64,000 bases of DNA, taken from the NCBI GenBank assembly GCA_950097015.1, contig CATNEN010000001.1:17236001-17300000 (forward strand), in the 5' to 3' direction. The position numbers were made by a program, and so were the translations under genes. Below are positions 36,501 to 49,829 of the stretch, in pieces. This DNA comes from Macrostomum hystrix. Lineage: Eukaryota > Animalia > Platyhelminthes. The notes beneath the pieces are model-generated. The model worked only from the letters and a program-made list of their open reading frames with translations, was not told the origin of the DNA and ran no database searches. Position 1 is the first letter of the stretch. Each line of letters starts with the position of its first letter.

Positions 36501-39500
36501 TAGAAAGTCAGATACAACAAGCAGTAGTAATGTAGGATCACATATATATATATCATTTGTGTGAATTATCTGTGAGTTTCTTGTAAACATTTGCTACAGC
36601 ATAGCTATAGCTATGCCCTATGTGAATCTTTAAAAAATTAAAGTCTCTTTTGAAGAGGACAGAACAGAAGTAGCTAGTCCTATATGAAGAAACTAATTTC
36701 TTAGCTTAAATTAGCTTAATAGATATTGTTAATTTTTTAACTGGAATTGGCTCTCTATTGTAAACATTTTTATAATGCTAAAACACAAGGATCTCACCTT
36801 GTATAGTAGCAAAATAACTGTATACAAAATATTATCAGGCACACCAGATGGCAAATATGGATCTCAGATTTAAATTATGAATTGATAGCTGACCCTACCT
36901 ATATTTTTATCCATTTTTGCCAAACGAGGCCACTTTTGGTACGTCAGAGTATTGGTAGAGTATTGGTATTGGTATTGGTACGTCTGCGGGGCGTGCCTCC
37001 TCGCCGGACCCGCACCCAGAAGGCACGGGCACAATCTATCCCGCACCTGTGCGGGTCTCACCTGCATATTTACCCAGATGGCAAATTTGCCAACTGGGCA
37101 AACAAAGTTGGCCCCTTCTGCTGGCCCTATAAATACCATTTCACCTGGGCCACGCGTTAGAAAATCTTCAATTTTCAATTTTCTTGAATTTGCTAGGAAG
37201 CTGAAATTGAAGTTGAATTTGGCGGTGGCGGGGGGCGGGGCGGGGCCCGCAAGGGACGGGCGTCGGCCCGACCCTTCTTGCGGCCGGCCGATTTTTTCTG
37301 ATGCCTGAAATTATGTATTGCCAAACTCGTTAATCACGCAAATTATGTTTCTTGGAAATTAACAAACATGATTCAAGGAAGTGTTGTACCAGAAAACAAC
37401 GGTGAGGTAGCTATAGCAGTATATGTAAGTTATAGGTGAGTTTGTCAGTTCAAATATTGCCTGGCCTCTTTGGACACAAAAGAGTTTTTCTTTTCTAAGA
37501 AAATACCAAAACTTTGCCACTTAATAGCTTTATTGATTAAGATAATCATACTTGATTTAATGATTTTCTTCATCAAATTCTTAAATATTTACTAGTAAGT
37601 TTAAATTTTACTCTAAAAGTTGGGTAAAGTTTAGCACTTTAATATATTAATGATCTAATATCATGCATAGAAGGACAAATAATTTGGTTTCTGCATTAAA
37701 AAATTCGCAATAAAGTTCGGATTTTTATATAAAAAATTAGATAGAAAGTCAGATACAACAAGCAGTAGTAATGTAGGATCACATATATATATATCATTTG
37801 TGTGAATTATCTGTGAGTTTCTTGTAAACATTTGCTACAGCATAGCTATAGCTATGCCCTATGTGAATCTTTAAAAAATTAAAGTCTCTTTTGAAGAGGA
37901 CAGAACAGAAGTAGCTAGTCCTATATGAAGAAACTAATTTCTTAGCTTAAATTAGCTTAATAGATATTGTTAATTTTTTAACTGGAATTGGCTCTCTATT
38001 GTAAACATTTTTATAATGCTAAAACACAAGGATCTCACCTTGTATAGTAGCAAAATAACTGTATACAAAATATTATCAGGCACACCAGATGGCAAATATG
38101 GATCTCAGATTTAAATTATGATTTGATAGCTGACCCTACCTATATTTTTATCCATTTTTGCCAAACGAGGCCACTTTTGGTACGTCAGAGTATTGGTAGA
38201 GTATTGGTATTGGTATTGGTACGTCTGCGGGGCGTGCCTCCTCGCCGGACCCGCACCCAGAAGGCACGGGCACAATCTATCCCGCACCTGTGCGGGTCTC
38301 ACCTGCATATTTACCCAGATGGCAAATTTGCCAACTGGGCAAACAAAGTTGGCCCCTTCTGCTGGCCCTATAAATACCATTTCACCTGGGCCACGCGTTA
38401 GAAAATCTTCAATTTTCAATTTTCTTGAATTTGCTAGGAAGCTGAAATTGAAGTTGAATTTGGCGGTGGCGGGGGGCGGGGCGGGGCCCGCAAGGGACGG
38501 GCGTCGGCCCGACCCTTCTTGCGGCCGGCCGATTTTTTCTGATGCCTGAAATTATGTATTGCCAAACTCGTTAATCACGCAAATTATGTTTCTTGGAAAT
38601 TAACAAACATGATTCAAGGAAGTGTTGTACCAGAAAACAACGGTGAGGTAGCTATAGCAGTATATGTAAGTTATAGGTGAGTTTGTCAGTTCAAATATTG
38701 CCTGGCCTCTTTGGACACAAAAGAGTTTTTCTTTTCTAAGAAAATACCAAAACTTTGCCACTTAATAGCTTTATTGATTAAGATAATCATACTTGATTTA
38801 ATGATTTTCTTCATCAAATTCTTAAATATTTACTAGTAAGTTTAAATTTTACTCTAAAAGTTGGGTAAAGTTTAGCACTTTAATATATTAATGATCTAAT
38901 ATCATGCATAGAAGGACAAATAATTTGGTTTCTGCATTAAAAAATTCGCAATAAAGTTCGGATTTTTATATAAAAAATTAGATAGAAAGTCAGATACAAC
39001 AAGCAGTAGTAATGTAGGATCACATATATATATATCATTTGTGTGAATTATCTGTGAGTTTCTTGTAAACATTTGCTACAGCATAGCTATAGCTATGCCC
39101 TATGTGAATCTTTAAAAAATTAAAGTCTCTTTTGAAGAGGACAGAACAGAAGTAGCTAGTCCTATATGAAGAAACTAATTTCTTAGCTTAAATTAGCTTA
39201 ATAGATATTGTTAATTTTTTAACTGGAATTGGCTCTCTATTGTAAACATTTTTATAATGCTAAAACACAAGGATCTCACCTTGTATAGTAGCAAAATAAC
39301 TGTATACAAAATATTATCAGGCACACCAGATGGCAAATATGGATCTCAGATTTAAATTATGATTTGATAGCTGACCCTACCTATATTTTTATCCATTTTT
39401 GCCAAACGAGGCCACTTTTGGTACGTCAGAGTATTGGTAGAGTATTGGTATTGGTATTGGTACGTCTGCGGGGCGTGCCTCCTCGCCGGACCCGCACCCA

Positions 39501-42500
39501 GAAGGCACGGGCACAATCTATCCCGCACCTGTGCGGGTCTCACCTGCATATTTACCCAGATGGCAAATTTGCCAACTGGGCAAACAAAGTTGGCCCCTTC
39601 TGCTGGCCCTATAAATACCATTTCACCTGGGCCACGCGTTAGAAAATCTTCAATTTTCAATTTTCTTGAATTTGCTAGGAAGCTGAAATTGAAGTTGAAT
39701 TTGGCGGTGGCGGGGGGCGGGGCGGGGCCCGCAAGGGACGGGCGTCGGCCCGACCCTTCTTGCGGCCGGCCGATTTTTTCTGATGCCTGAAATTATGTAT
39801 TGCCAAACTCGTTAATCACGCAAATTATGTTTCTTGGAAATTAACAAACATGATTCAAGGAAGTGTTGTACCAGAAAACAACGGTGAGGTAGCTATAGCA
39901 GTATATGTAAGTTATAGGTGAGTTTGTCAGTTCAAATATTGCCTGGCCTCTTTGGACACAAAAGAGTTTTTCTTTTCTAAGAAAATACCAAAACTTTGCC
40001 ACTTAATAGCTTTATTGATTAAGATAATCATACTTGATTTAATGATTTTCTTCATCAAATTCTTAAATATTTACTAGTAAGTTTAAATTTTACTCTAAAA
40101 GTTGGGTAAAGTTTAGCACTTTAATATATTAATGATCTAATATCATGCATAGAAGGACAAATAATTTGGTTTCTGCATTAAAAAATTCGCAATAAAGTTC
40201 GGATTTTTATATAAAAAATTAGATAGAAAGTCAGATACAACAAGCAGTAGTAATGTAGGATCACATATATATATATCATTTGTGTGAATTATCTGTGAGT
40301 TTCTTGTAAACATTTGCTACAGCATAGCTATAGCTATGCCCTATGTGAATCTTTAAAAAATTAAAGTCTCTTTTGAAGAGGACAGAACAGAAGTAGCTAG
40401 TCCTATATGAAGAAACTAATTTCTTAGCTTAAATTAGCTTAATAGATATTGTTAATTTTTTAACTGGAATTGGCTCTCTATTGTAAACATTTTTATAATG
40501 CTAAAACACAAGGATCTCACCTTGTATAGTAGCAAAATAACTGTATACAAAATATTATCAGGCACACCAGATGGCAAATATGGATCTCAGATTTAAATTA
40601 TGAATTGATAGCTGACCCTACCTATATTTTTATCCATTTTTGCCAAACGAGGCCACTTTTGGTACGTCAGAGTATTGGTAGAGTATTGGTATTGGTATTG
40701 GTACGTCTGCGGGGCGTGCCTCCTCGCCGGACCCGCACCCAGAAGGCACGGGCACAATCTATCCCGCACCTGTGCGGGTCTCACCTGCATATTTACCCAG
40801 ATGGCAAATTTGCCAACTGGGCAAACAAAGTTGGCCCCTTCTGCTGGCCCTATAAATACCATTTCACCTGGGCCACGCGTTAGAAAATCTTCAATTTTCA
40901 ATTTTCTTGAATTTGCTAGGAAGCTGAAATTGAAGTTGAATTTGGCGGTGGCGGGGGGCGGGGCGGGGCCCGCAAGGGACGGGCGTCGGCCCGACCCTTC
41001 TTGCGGCCGGCCGATTTTTTCTGATGCCTGAAATTATGTATTGCCAAACTCGTTAATCACGCAAATTATGTTTCTTGGAAATTAACAAACATGATTCAAG
41101 GAAGTGTTGTACCAGAAAACAACGGTGAGGTAGCTATAGCAGTATATGTAAGTTATAGGTGAGTTTGTCAGTTCAAATATTGCCTGGCCTCTTTGGACAC
41201 AAAAGAGTTTTTCTTTTCTAAGAAAATACCAAAACTTTGCCACTTAATAGCTTTATTGATTAAGATAATCATACTTGATTTAATGATTTTCTTCATCAAA
41301 TTCTTAAATATTTACTAGTAAGTTTAAATTTTACTCTAAAAGTTGGGTAAAGTTTAGCACTTTAATATATTAATGATCTAATATCATGCATAGAAGGACA
41401 AATAATTTGGTTTCTGCATTAAAAAATTCGCAATAAAGTTCGGATTTTTATATAAAAAATTAGATAGAAAGTCAGATACAACAAGCAGTAGTAATGTAGG
41501 ATCACATATATATATATCATTTGTGTGAATTATCTGTGAGTTTCTTGTAAACATTTGCTACAGCATAGCTATAGCTATGCCCTATGTGAATCTTTAAAAA
41601 ATTAAAGTCTCTTTTGAAGAGGACAGAACAGAAGTAGCTAGTCCTATATGAAGAAACTAATTTCTTAGCTTAAATTAGCTTAATAGATATTGTTAATTTT
41701 TTAACTGGAATTGGCTCTCTATTGTAAACATTTTTATAATGCTAAAACACAAGGATCTCACCTTGTATAGTAGCAAAATAACTGTATACAAAATATTATC
41801 AGGCACACCAGATGGCAAATATGGATCTCAGATTTAAATTATGATTTGATAGCTGACCCTACCTATATTTTTATCCATTTTTGCCAAACGAGGCCACTTT
41901 TGGTACGTCAGAGTATTGGTAGAGTATTGGTATTGGTATTGGTACGTCTGCGGGGCGTGCCTCCTCGCCGGACCCGCACCCAGAAGGCACGGGCACAATC
42001 TATCCCGCACCTGTGCGGGTCTCACCTGCATATTTACCCAGATGGCAAATTTGCCAACTGGGCAAACAAAGTTGGCCCCTTCTGCTGGCCCTATAAATAC
42101 CATTTCACCTGGGCCACGCGTTAGAAAATCTTCAATTTTCAATTTTCTTGAATTTGCTAGGAAGCTGAAATTGAAGTTGAATTTGGCGGTGGCGGGGGGC
42201 GGGGCGGGGCCCGCAAGGGACGGGCGTCGGCCCGACCCTTCTTGCGGCCGGCCGATTTTTTCTGATGCCTGAAATTATGTATTGCCAAACTCGTTAATCA
42301 CGCAAATTATGTTTCTTGGAAATTAACAAACATGATTCAAGGAAGTGTTGTACCAGAAAACAACGGTGAGGTAGCTATAGCAGTATATGTAAGTTATAGG
42401 TGAGTTTGTCAGTTCAAATATTGCCTGGCCTCTTTGGACACAAAAGAGTTTTTCTTTTCTAAGAAAATACCAAAACTTTGCCACTTAATAGCTTTATTGA

Positions 42501-43133
42501 TTAAGATAATCATACTTGATTTAATGATTTTCTTCATCAAATTCTTAAATATTTACTAGTAAGTTTAAATTTTACTCTAAAAGTTGGGTAAAGTTTAGCA
42601 CTTTAATATATTAATGATCTAATATCATGCATAGAAGGACAAATAATTTGGTTTCTGCATTAAAAAATTCGCAATAAAGTTCGGATTTTTATATAAAAAA
42701 TTAGATAGAAAGTCAGATACAACAAGCAGTAGTAATGTAGGATCACATATATATATATCATTTGTGTGAATTATCTGTGAGTTTCTTGTAAACATTTGCT
42801 ACAGCATAGCTATAGCTATGCCCTATGTGAATCTTTAAAAAATTAAAGTCTCTTTTGAAGAGGACAGAACAGAAGTAGCTAGTCCTATATGAAGAAACTA
42901 ATTTCTTAGCTTAAATTAGCTTAATAGATATTGTTAATTTTTTAACTGGAATTGGCTCTCTATTGTAAACATTTTTATAATGCTAAAACACAAGGATCTC
43001 ACCTTGTATAGTAGCAAAATAACTGTATACAAAATATTATCAGGCACACCAGATGGCAAATATGGATCTCAGATTTAAATTATGAATTGATAGCTGACCC
43101 TACCTATATTTTTATCCATTTTTGCCAAACGAG
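21543..43133. repeat. Macrosatellite: about 17.4 head-to-tail copies of a 1241-bp (twice 1239-bp) unit
   Basis: ORF-track coordinates recur every 1241/1239 bp. Only three variant sites were noticed: (AT)5/6, TTGTTT/TTGATT and GAATT/GATTT. Confidence 0.98.
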
Positions 43134-43401
43134 AAGGTTTCCAGAAGTGCCCATAGATTTTGAGTGCAAGGTATTCAAAGCTTTGGTCAATTTTTAAGAC
43201 TTTAGCTTCACAGCACTATGTTAAATGCAAGTGGTTAAAATGAATACAGCACATAATAGCTATATCAAGCTACATTAAAAAGCTTTCTACTTAGGCTTAC
43301 AGCACTTCTAAACAGTGCAATGTATATCCTCATTGATTTTAATAGCACATCTATAAAGTGCAATATACTGAACTGTTTTATTTAACAATTTGCAGTCTAG
43401 T

Positions 43402-44527
43402 CTATCTAGGAAATAAATGGACTGTCCTACTGTTTGGCTGTTGTGATATAACATGTTCTTCAACAGCACTTTGCTGTGTCATATGTGACAGGCTTGGTAA
43501 TGAAAATTGTAAAGGTACCTGAGGAGGTACTTGAGACTCAGATATCTGTATTTCATGTGGCAATAACATACCTGGGTAATAATTCTGCGAAAACTGAGCA
43601 AGACGTAGGTGACTATGTATTACTTGGTTTTGAGAACTTTTAAGTTGCTGCAAATGAATGTCTTCTAAATAAGCGTCTGGATTTTGGAATAAAGTGTCAA
43701 TACTATTGATATTTAAAGTAACATTGTTGAGACTGGTAATATCATTGACATTACTTTGTGATGCTTTTGCACTTTGACTACATTCTTCATTGAGGCTTAT
43801 CTCAGCCTCAGCAGCATAGTCATTTTGTTGTGTAGCCACTAGTGCAGAATCATTACCATTTGCACTAGTACCTTGCATGCCAACAAGCAATGCTTCATTT
43901 TGGTTTGCCAGAGTACCTTCTGTGCTAATTGTAGGTGCTACATTTCTCTCATTCCATTCTGAATGAGACCAAAATTTCACTTCACCATGATCAGAAATTG
44001 CCTGAAATTGTGCAACACATTGCTGTTGGTTAAGATTATGGGGTGAAAAGAAGTTGGGAATAAAACATCCTGGCCCTTTCTTCTGACCTGTAGCTAAATC
44101 AGAAGCTATAAGTGCCCATTGAATTGCACCAGAGTTGCCTGCCCTTTCATAAGCGTACTTAGCGTACTGCGCATGTAGACAACACCCTTTTTAATAATTT
44201 CTTCAAACTTTCCTTCTCTTTGAGGAAGCTGCTGTAAATTTTGAAGCCTGTGTTGCGCTTGCTTATCTGCTCTTATAAAATCAACAAAAGAACTACATGC
44301 TTCTTGGACCTGTCCACTCAAAGTGCCAGTGACATCTTTAGAACAGTGATAAATGGCTCTGTCATGTTCAGTAATTCTAATAACAATGTAAGTTTCTTTA
44401 TGTTTGTCCAAGTCCTGAATGATTATTTTAATTGGGCGAGGTCGATTTTTAGCAGCTTTTCTTAGTCGTTCTTTTTTTTGCTATACTTAGACCCCTATAC
44501 TTCTCTAGCAATGCTGAAGTCCAAGCT
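43402..44527 (-). pseudogene. Frameshifted coding remnant of unknown protein
   Basis: A TTTCAG acceptor lies near 44527. ORF 44106-44411 joins ORF 43402-43980 through a frameshift near 44125 (...QWALIASDLATGQKKGPGCFIPNFF...EVKFWSHSEW), with another shift in the A-run near 44475. Confidence 0.45.
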
Positions 44528-46190
44528 GAAATGAAGAGGTATATGATATTAAAAATATTTAAACGAGATTTCCACTACTAGGCTGTTGTCCAGAACTGCA
44601 AGAATTAAAAGTGAGGCCGTGCTTAAGTTAATCTCCCCTTGACCTTGGGGGAGAGAACAACACCATTACTGAATTAACTGTTTAAATAAAAAAATGAAAA
44701 ATTAATACCCAAACCAGCATTATCCATGAAAGCATATGTACCAAGTTTTTAAGGCAGTCACCCATTTTTTAGAAAACTAAGAAAGCTGCCCTTTTCTTTT
44801 TTTCCAGTCAGCTGTACAATTCTGAACAAAAACCAAGTTAGTAGGTGCAGAAATGCCCAATTCCTTTAAATCTTACTGTATATAAAACACTTACTAGCAC
44901 AGCCCTTCTTTCGAAGAAATTCATTGCCGCTAGTAGGTCCCATCTAAAATTAAGTTTTTTAGCAATATGTAAATCACATGTCTGTCACATGAACTATTTA
45001 CCTACTCTTCATTGGCAAAGTATATATTTTTGGAGAGTCTATAGGTATGTCAAGTAATACCATATTATAGGGCCACAAAATGGTCAAGTTAGGAAAAAGC
45101 ATAAAAAATTCATGAAATACAATTTTGAATTCTTAACTTGAAAATTAGTTCTACTTTGAAACTTATTCTTCAGGAATTATTTAGCCTGGTCATGGTGAAT
45201 TTTTTGGTCTTGGAACAGCTATTTAAGTATTCTATAGCTACCAGTTGGACTGATATATTCATTTCCTTGAAGGTACTCTTAACAGGCCCTAGTCAAAACA
45301 CATGCTGCACACATTTCACAAGCTTTGAGTTTTTTCAACTTTTAAAGAGGTAATCACAGTTTAATCATGGTTTTCAGTTTTTGCACTAAATATTGATATT
45401 AATACATTTTCCTCAAACATTTCCAGCCTGCCTTGCTTGCTGCCTGGCTGTTTGCTTGTCAACATTATGGACTCTAATGGACGACTAGGTCTATGCTGTC
45501 AAACTGCCATTGTCTGGTTCTAGGCAAGCCTCAAGTTACTGCAATACTTTTGCTCTCAGAGCTAGCTACTATCAGCCTGCAGCTCGACTCTTTGGACGAG
45601 CGTGTGAGTTAATATCTATAAAAATATTGATAGCTTTTGTGAAAGTTACAGTTCAATGTGAATTCAAATGCAATGGCCCTCATTTTTTATAAACAGGTGT
45701 TTTGGTCCTATATGGTCCCATTCTATTAATGCTACATGCTAGTACCAAAAATTAAACGAGGACTCGATTCCATATGATTCTCTTCTCAGATTCTCCTCTC
45801 TGCATCAGCCTCGAGGAGACATGCCCGCTATGGTCAGGCATTTTCCTTATATTTAACACACTGACTTTGACAAATAGAGGCTGTTCCTGTTTCTAACTTT
45901 CAATTACATTCAAATTCTGCCGCTTTCCACAGTGCTTTTTTTCATCTGCTCTCTCCCGATCTCTCCGTCATTCCCCTTTTCTTTCTTGCGCCAGATGCAG
46001 AGTAAGAACGACTGACAGTTGATACTACTCCTCATCTAGTAGTCTGTGTCGCAACTTTTCTGTATTGGTTTGACTGAAATATTCACTTCCTTGAAGGCAC
46101 TCTTAACAGGTCATAGTCACAGGCCACAGGGCATGTTACATATTTCTCCGGGCTGCAGGTGTGGGTGCACTGATTAAGAGTTGGACTACC

Positions 46191-46564
46191 TGTGGTAGCG
46201 TGGCACACACAATTGGTAAATGACCAAGACAGGACACTGGATTCAGAGAGGAGATTTTACCGGCCTCACACGCAGATGCTTCCTAGCAGAGGAACAGTCC
46301 GGTAGTCAGGCTTCAATTGCTAAGTTCTCTCGTGCTTTCCCTTAAGCGGACTACGTCCTAACTACTCTCACAGATCTTTCTCTTGATCGGGCGGCACACT
46401 ATGCTTCTAAATGCAGTATGCGGCCTAGACCAACAATAGCTTTGTAGGATCTTAGAGACAATGCAAACACAGACGGTACAAAACGATGTCTGACGATGCG
46501 AAAAGGGATGAAGACTGGAGACAAGAAAGTGCAATCAATATAAAGAAATAGTGCTACCATGACA
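46191..46564. mobile_element. Possible solo LTR
   Basis: TG...CA ends with a short inverted TGGTAGC/GCTACCA, and near-TSD CTACC/CTAAC. Weak. Confidence 0.3.
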
Positions 46565-47298
46565 CTAACACCATCTCAAGGATTCGTCGGACTGTGCTCT
46601 ACTTATAGTAGGAGCATTTGAGCGTTGTTCTGCCAGTCTTCTTCCGAACTTAAGCGATTGCACCATGGTGTGCAATGTGACTCAGTGCGCAGACAGAGCT
46701 GGAAAGAGAGAGAGAGAGCGGAGGGGGTGGCGAGCGGAGGTGACAGTGCACGGGAAACACTAACTACCAACCCTAGCCCTCCCACAGACCTAGAACAGCC
46801 TGACTCACAGATTGTCTGGAGGCTGCTCAGCAGTCTACAGCACATCACTCTCCTCCAGCTAAAGGATGACGGTCAACTCCGGCTGGCCGTCAGCCGAACT
46901 TAAACCAAAAACAGGTGAGCAACGTTCCTTTTTATTTCTTCTCTTTAGTCATGGCGCACCAAACTAAAAATAAAAACTACATAAACAATTTTTTATGGCG
47001 CACAAGAATTTAAACTACAAAAAGATGGCAAACAAGTAACAACATAACAAAGACCAACTGGATAATCACACACATTTCAAACTAACAATAAACAGAAAGA
47101 AAACACGCTACAACATCAAATTAATAGCGCACACGGTGTGCCGCAGCACATTAAGCACCACGCATTCCTACAGCGCATGCTTGGATAGAATTACTAAAAA
47201 GAGGACTGCCGCCCTACGCAGCTGAATTATAACACGAACCTAAACAGGGCTGGAGCCAAACGGACCAAACAGGCGAAACGCAGACGGGATTCGCCTCC

Positions 47299-47799
47299 TT
47301 ACAGCTGGGCCACGCGAACCACAGCCTCCGGCAACCACCACGACTCTACCAATTCCACTATCGCCTGCCCATACCGGGCCATGAACAGTGGCGGGTGCTC
47401 CGCTGGTCCTCCGACTAGCTCTTCAGCCATGGCTGCTGCCTCGATTGCCATTTCACGACGAGTGGCCCGCTCCTCCACCGCGTAGCCCTGCTGCACGGCA
47501 GCCGAACATCCGTCGTCCAGCCTGCCTCGAGGTGCTCTCGCCAGCGACTCCGCCAGCCCCGGGACAGCCGCTTGACGTGCCGGCTCCCTCAGGGTCCACA
47601 ATGCCCTTCGCTGACGTCGACGCTGCGCTCCTCCCCGACGGCGTCTGGGCCTTACTGCCGCCTCGTCCTCCGGGCTGTCCCCAGATGGTGAGCTTTGGGG
47701 AGCGGGCAGATGAAAGGCTGGAGGCGCTGCTGGCCCTTCAGCCTCCACGGACTCCTCCGATGAGTCAGGGTCTGACAACCCTTCGTCGTCGGAGGGCAT
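47299..47799 (-). CDS. GC-rich 166-aa ORF, probably an accessory ORF of a retroelement fragment
   Basis: ATG-initiated, with an acidic/Ser N-terminus and Arg-rich NLS-like middle, forming a GC island in AT-rich DNA. No domain recognised. Confidence 0.35.
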   Translation of the reverse strand: MPSDDEGLSDPDSSEESVEAEGPAAPPAFHLPAPQSSPSGDSPEDEAAVRPRRRRGGAQRRRQRRALWTLREPARQAAVPGLAESLARAPRGRLDDGCSAAVQQGYAVEERATRREMAIEAAAMAEELVGGPAEHPPLFMARYGQAIVELVESWWLPEAVVRVAQL

Positions 47800-48159
47800 C
47801 CCTTCTTGCAGCGCTGCCCAGAGATCCTCATTGGGATGGTTAAAAACACTTGTTCATTTATTAGTAGCTCTGATAACTTTAGAGATGGATGTGTAGTAGA
47901 TCTTGAAACAGCAGCAAACTAAGGCAAGATGAATTACTTGTACTGGTATCTAGTATTTTTTCCTAACATAGCCAGTAATCCCAGTGTATACATGAGTTAT
48001 TTGGTCTGGTTCAATAGTATTAAGCAGCTAAGTGTCGTCAAAATTATTAGCCTGTCGGCCACGTACATAACCTAAAAGACGACGGCCGTTTTATCTGTAG
48101 GAATCTGAGAAAGGGGAGGGATTAGACATGGGAGAGATGAGGCAGGGGGAATTAGGGTG

Positions 48160-48770
48160 GGGGTTTGATTCCCAACTCTACTAGTACAATTTATGCCGCT
48201 TGGCAAGACGCCTAACTTATTTGCTTCAGTTCACCCAGTTAAAAATTTATTAATAATGCTATAACTAATTACACATGTCACTATTGGGCCAGATGTGTAG
48301 CCAACAGCACAGCTGCAACTATTGTGCAGCGCATCTGAAGACTGCGTACGGCTATGGACTACACGGGTACAGCCACTATAGTCCATGGACTGGGGGGAGG
48401 CTACACCCACCATAAGTTACCACAGCTAATACCGGTACCCATCCATTTAATAGCTAGCTAGGTGAACTGAAGCAATTCAGAGTTAAGTGCCTTTCTTAGA
48501 GACACAAATTTAAACAGGAGTCTGGAATCGAACCATCAAGCTTTAAGATGCGAGTCCGACGCTCTAACTGCTGGCTACAACCCAGCTGTAAAATGGGTAC
48601 CAATATTAACTAGGGGAACTGAAGGTGGGTCTGGCATCCCTCAGTCCATGGACTGAACAGCCATGTGCAGCCTTTAGATACGAGCGTATGCTGCACAATA
48701 GCTGTGGCTGTGCTGTTGACCATACTGCACAATTGGCCGGATAGGTATAATAAATTATATTAATTACTTA
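48160..48770 (+). mobile_element. Older SINE of the same family, split by the antisense copy
   Basis: Degenerate B box GGTTTGATTCC and TTGGCAAGACGCCTAAC...TGCTTCAGTTCACCCAG (to 48238), resuming at CTGTAAAATGGGTACC...GTCCATGGACTG (48586 onward). Confidence 0.7.
48239..48579 (-). mobile_element. tRNA-derived SINE with CORE-like central domain
   Basis: Minus-strand A box (TAGCCAGCAGTTAGAGCG) and B box (GGTTCGATTCC), then GGCACTTAAC...TGCTTCAGTTCACC...GGGTACC and an AT-rich tail. Flanked by duplicated ACCCAG. Confidence 0.75.
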
Positions 48771-49829
48771 GCCTATATATAATATATGTGCTATGTTATT
48801 TATTTTTCTGCTCTGTTTAATACATTTAAAACCAACAAGCTAACCAACAACTCTCTTAACCACCTTATCCTTTTCAAACAGGTTAAGGAATGGCAAGATT
48901 CTCAATCTGCATGTACGAGAGCTTACTGGAACTTCTACTGTATCTGGTGCTTGGCCAACAAGAGCTAGCCTGAATGCTGCTGCCATCCAAGATTATGAAA
49001 GGCATGATTGACTATAGCTCACTGTTAACTGACAGATCTTTGTTTCTAAATGCCTAAGCATGTCCAAAACTGCATGCCACATACCTAAACCAGCTAATAA
49101 GTAATAATACTTTTTTCATGACAATTAGTTCTCATATCATAGCTATATAATAGTTTCTTTCTTTCACTGTTTCAATAAAATAGGCACTTGTGAAAGCCCA
49201 AGAATAAACAGAAGTTAGACTTGGAGTATCTAGAGCAGAAAATAGGAGTTGTAACCTTGCTATATAGTATATAGACATTTAAGCCTCACATGGTACAATT
49301 CATTATAGTTGCAAAAATATGTATTTTTTGCTAAATTAAAGTAAATATACACTATGCGCTTTAAAATAACACTCTTTTTTGTAAAAATATTCCTGTAGCT
49401 TCATAATATATCCTAACTAAGCTACACTGACATTGCTGATCAAATAGACTTTCACTTAATAATTAACTTATATAGATAAACCACAAAGTGATGGCGAGTT
49501 TGATATCGGTGTTTATATTCACTTTGTCTTGTCTAATGAATTTCAGTGTCTTACTGTGAACAGTTTTTGAGAATTCGTTGATCGAATCGAGAATTCTCAC
49601 GTACATAATAGCTAATTAATTGAGGATCCGGTCAGGTCAAAGTGAAAGTTTGCAGTGCATGCGCTTTCAAAAACTTTGCTCAGGCCATTATTTCGTTTTT
49701 AAGCTGCAATTTGAAACTAAAAAATTGATTCTGACTTCTTATTAAGTTTAGTGCAACTGGCTTCTTCTGAGACAAAACTTTTTATTGCCTGCGGTCAAAT
49801 ACATGTGTTTGTTAAATTTTACATTCACG

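Noticed and set aside
21982-42272. Triplet of 92/102/118-aa ORFs repeated 17 times
   Set aside because: Short overlapping ORFs over the GC island of the satellite unit, with non-ATG starts and no recognisable motif.
48515-48580. Functional tRNA gene
   Set aside because: A/B boxes are present but there is no clean acceptor stem, and it continues into a SINE body.
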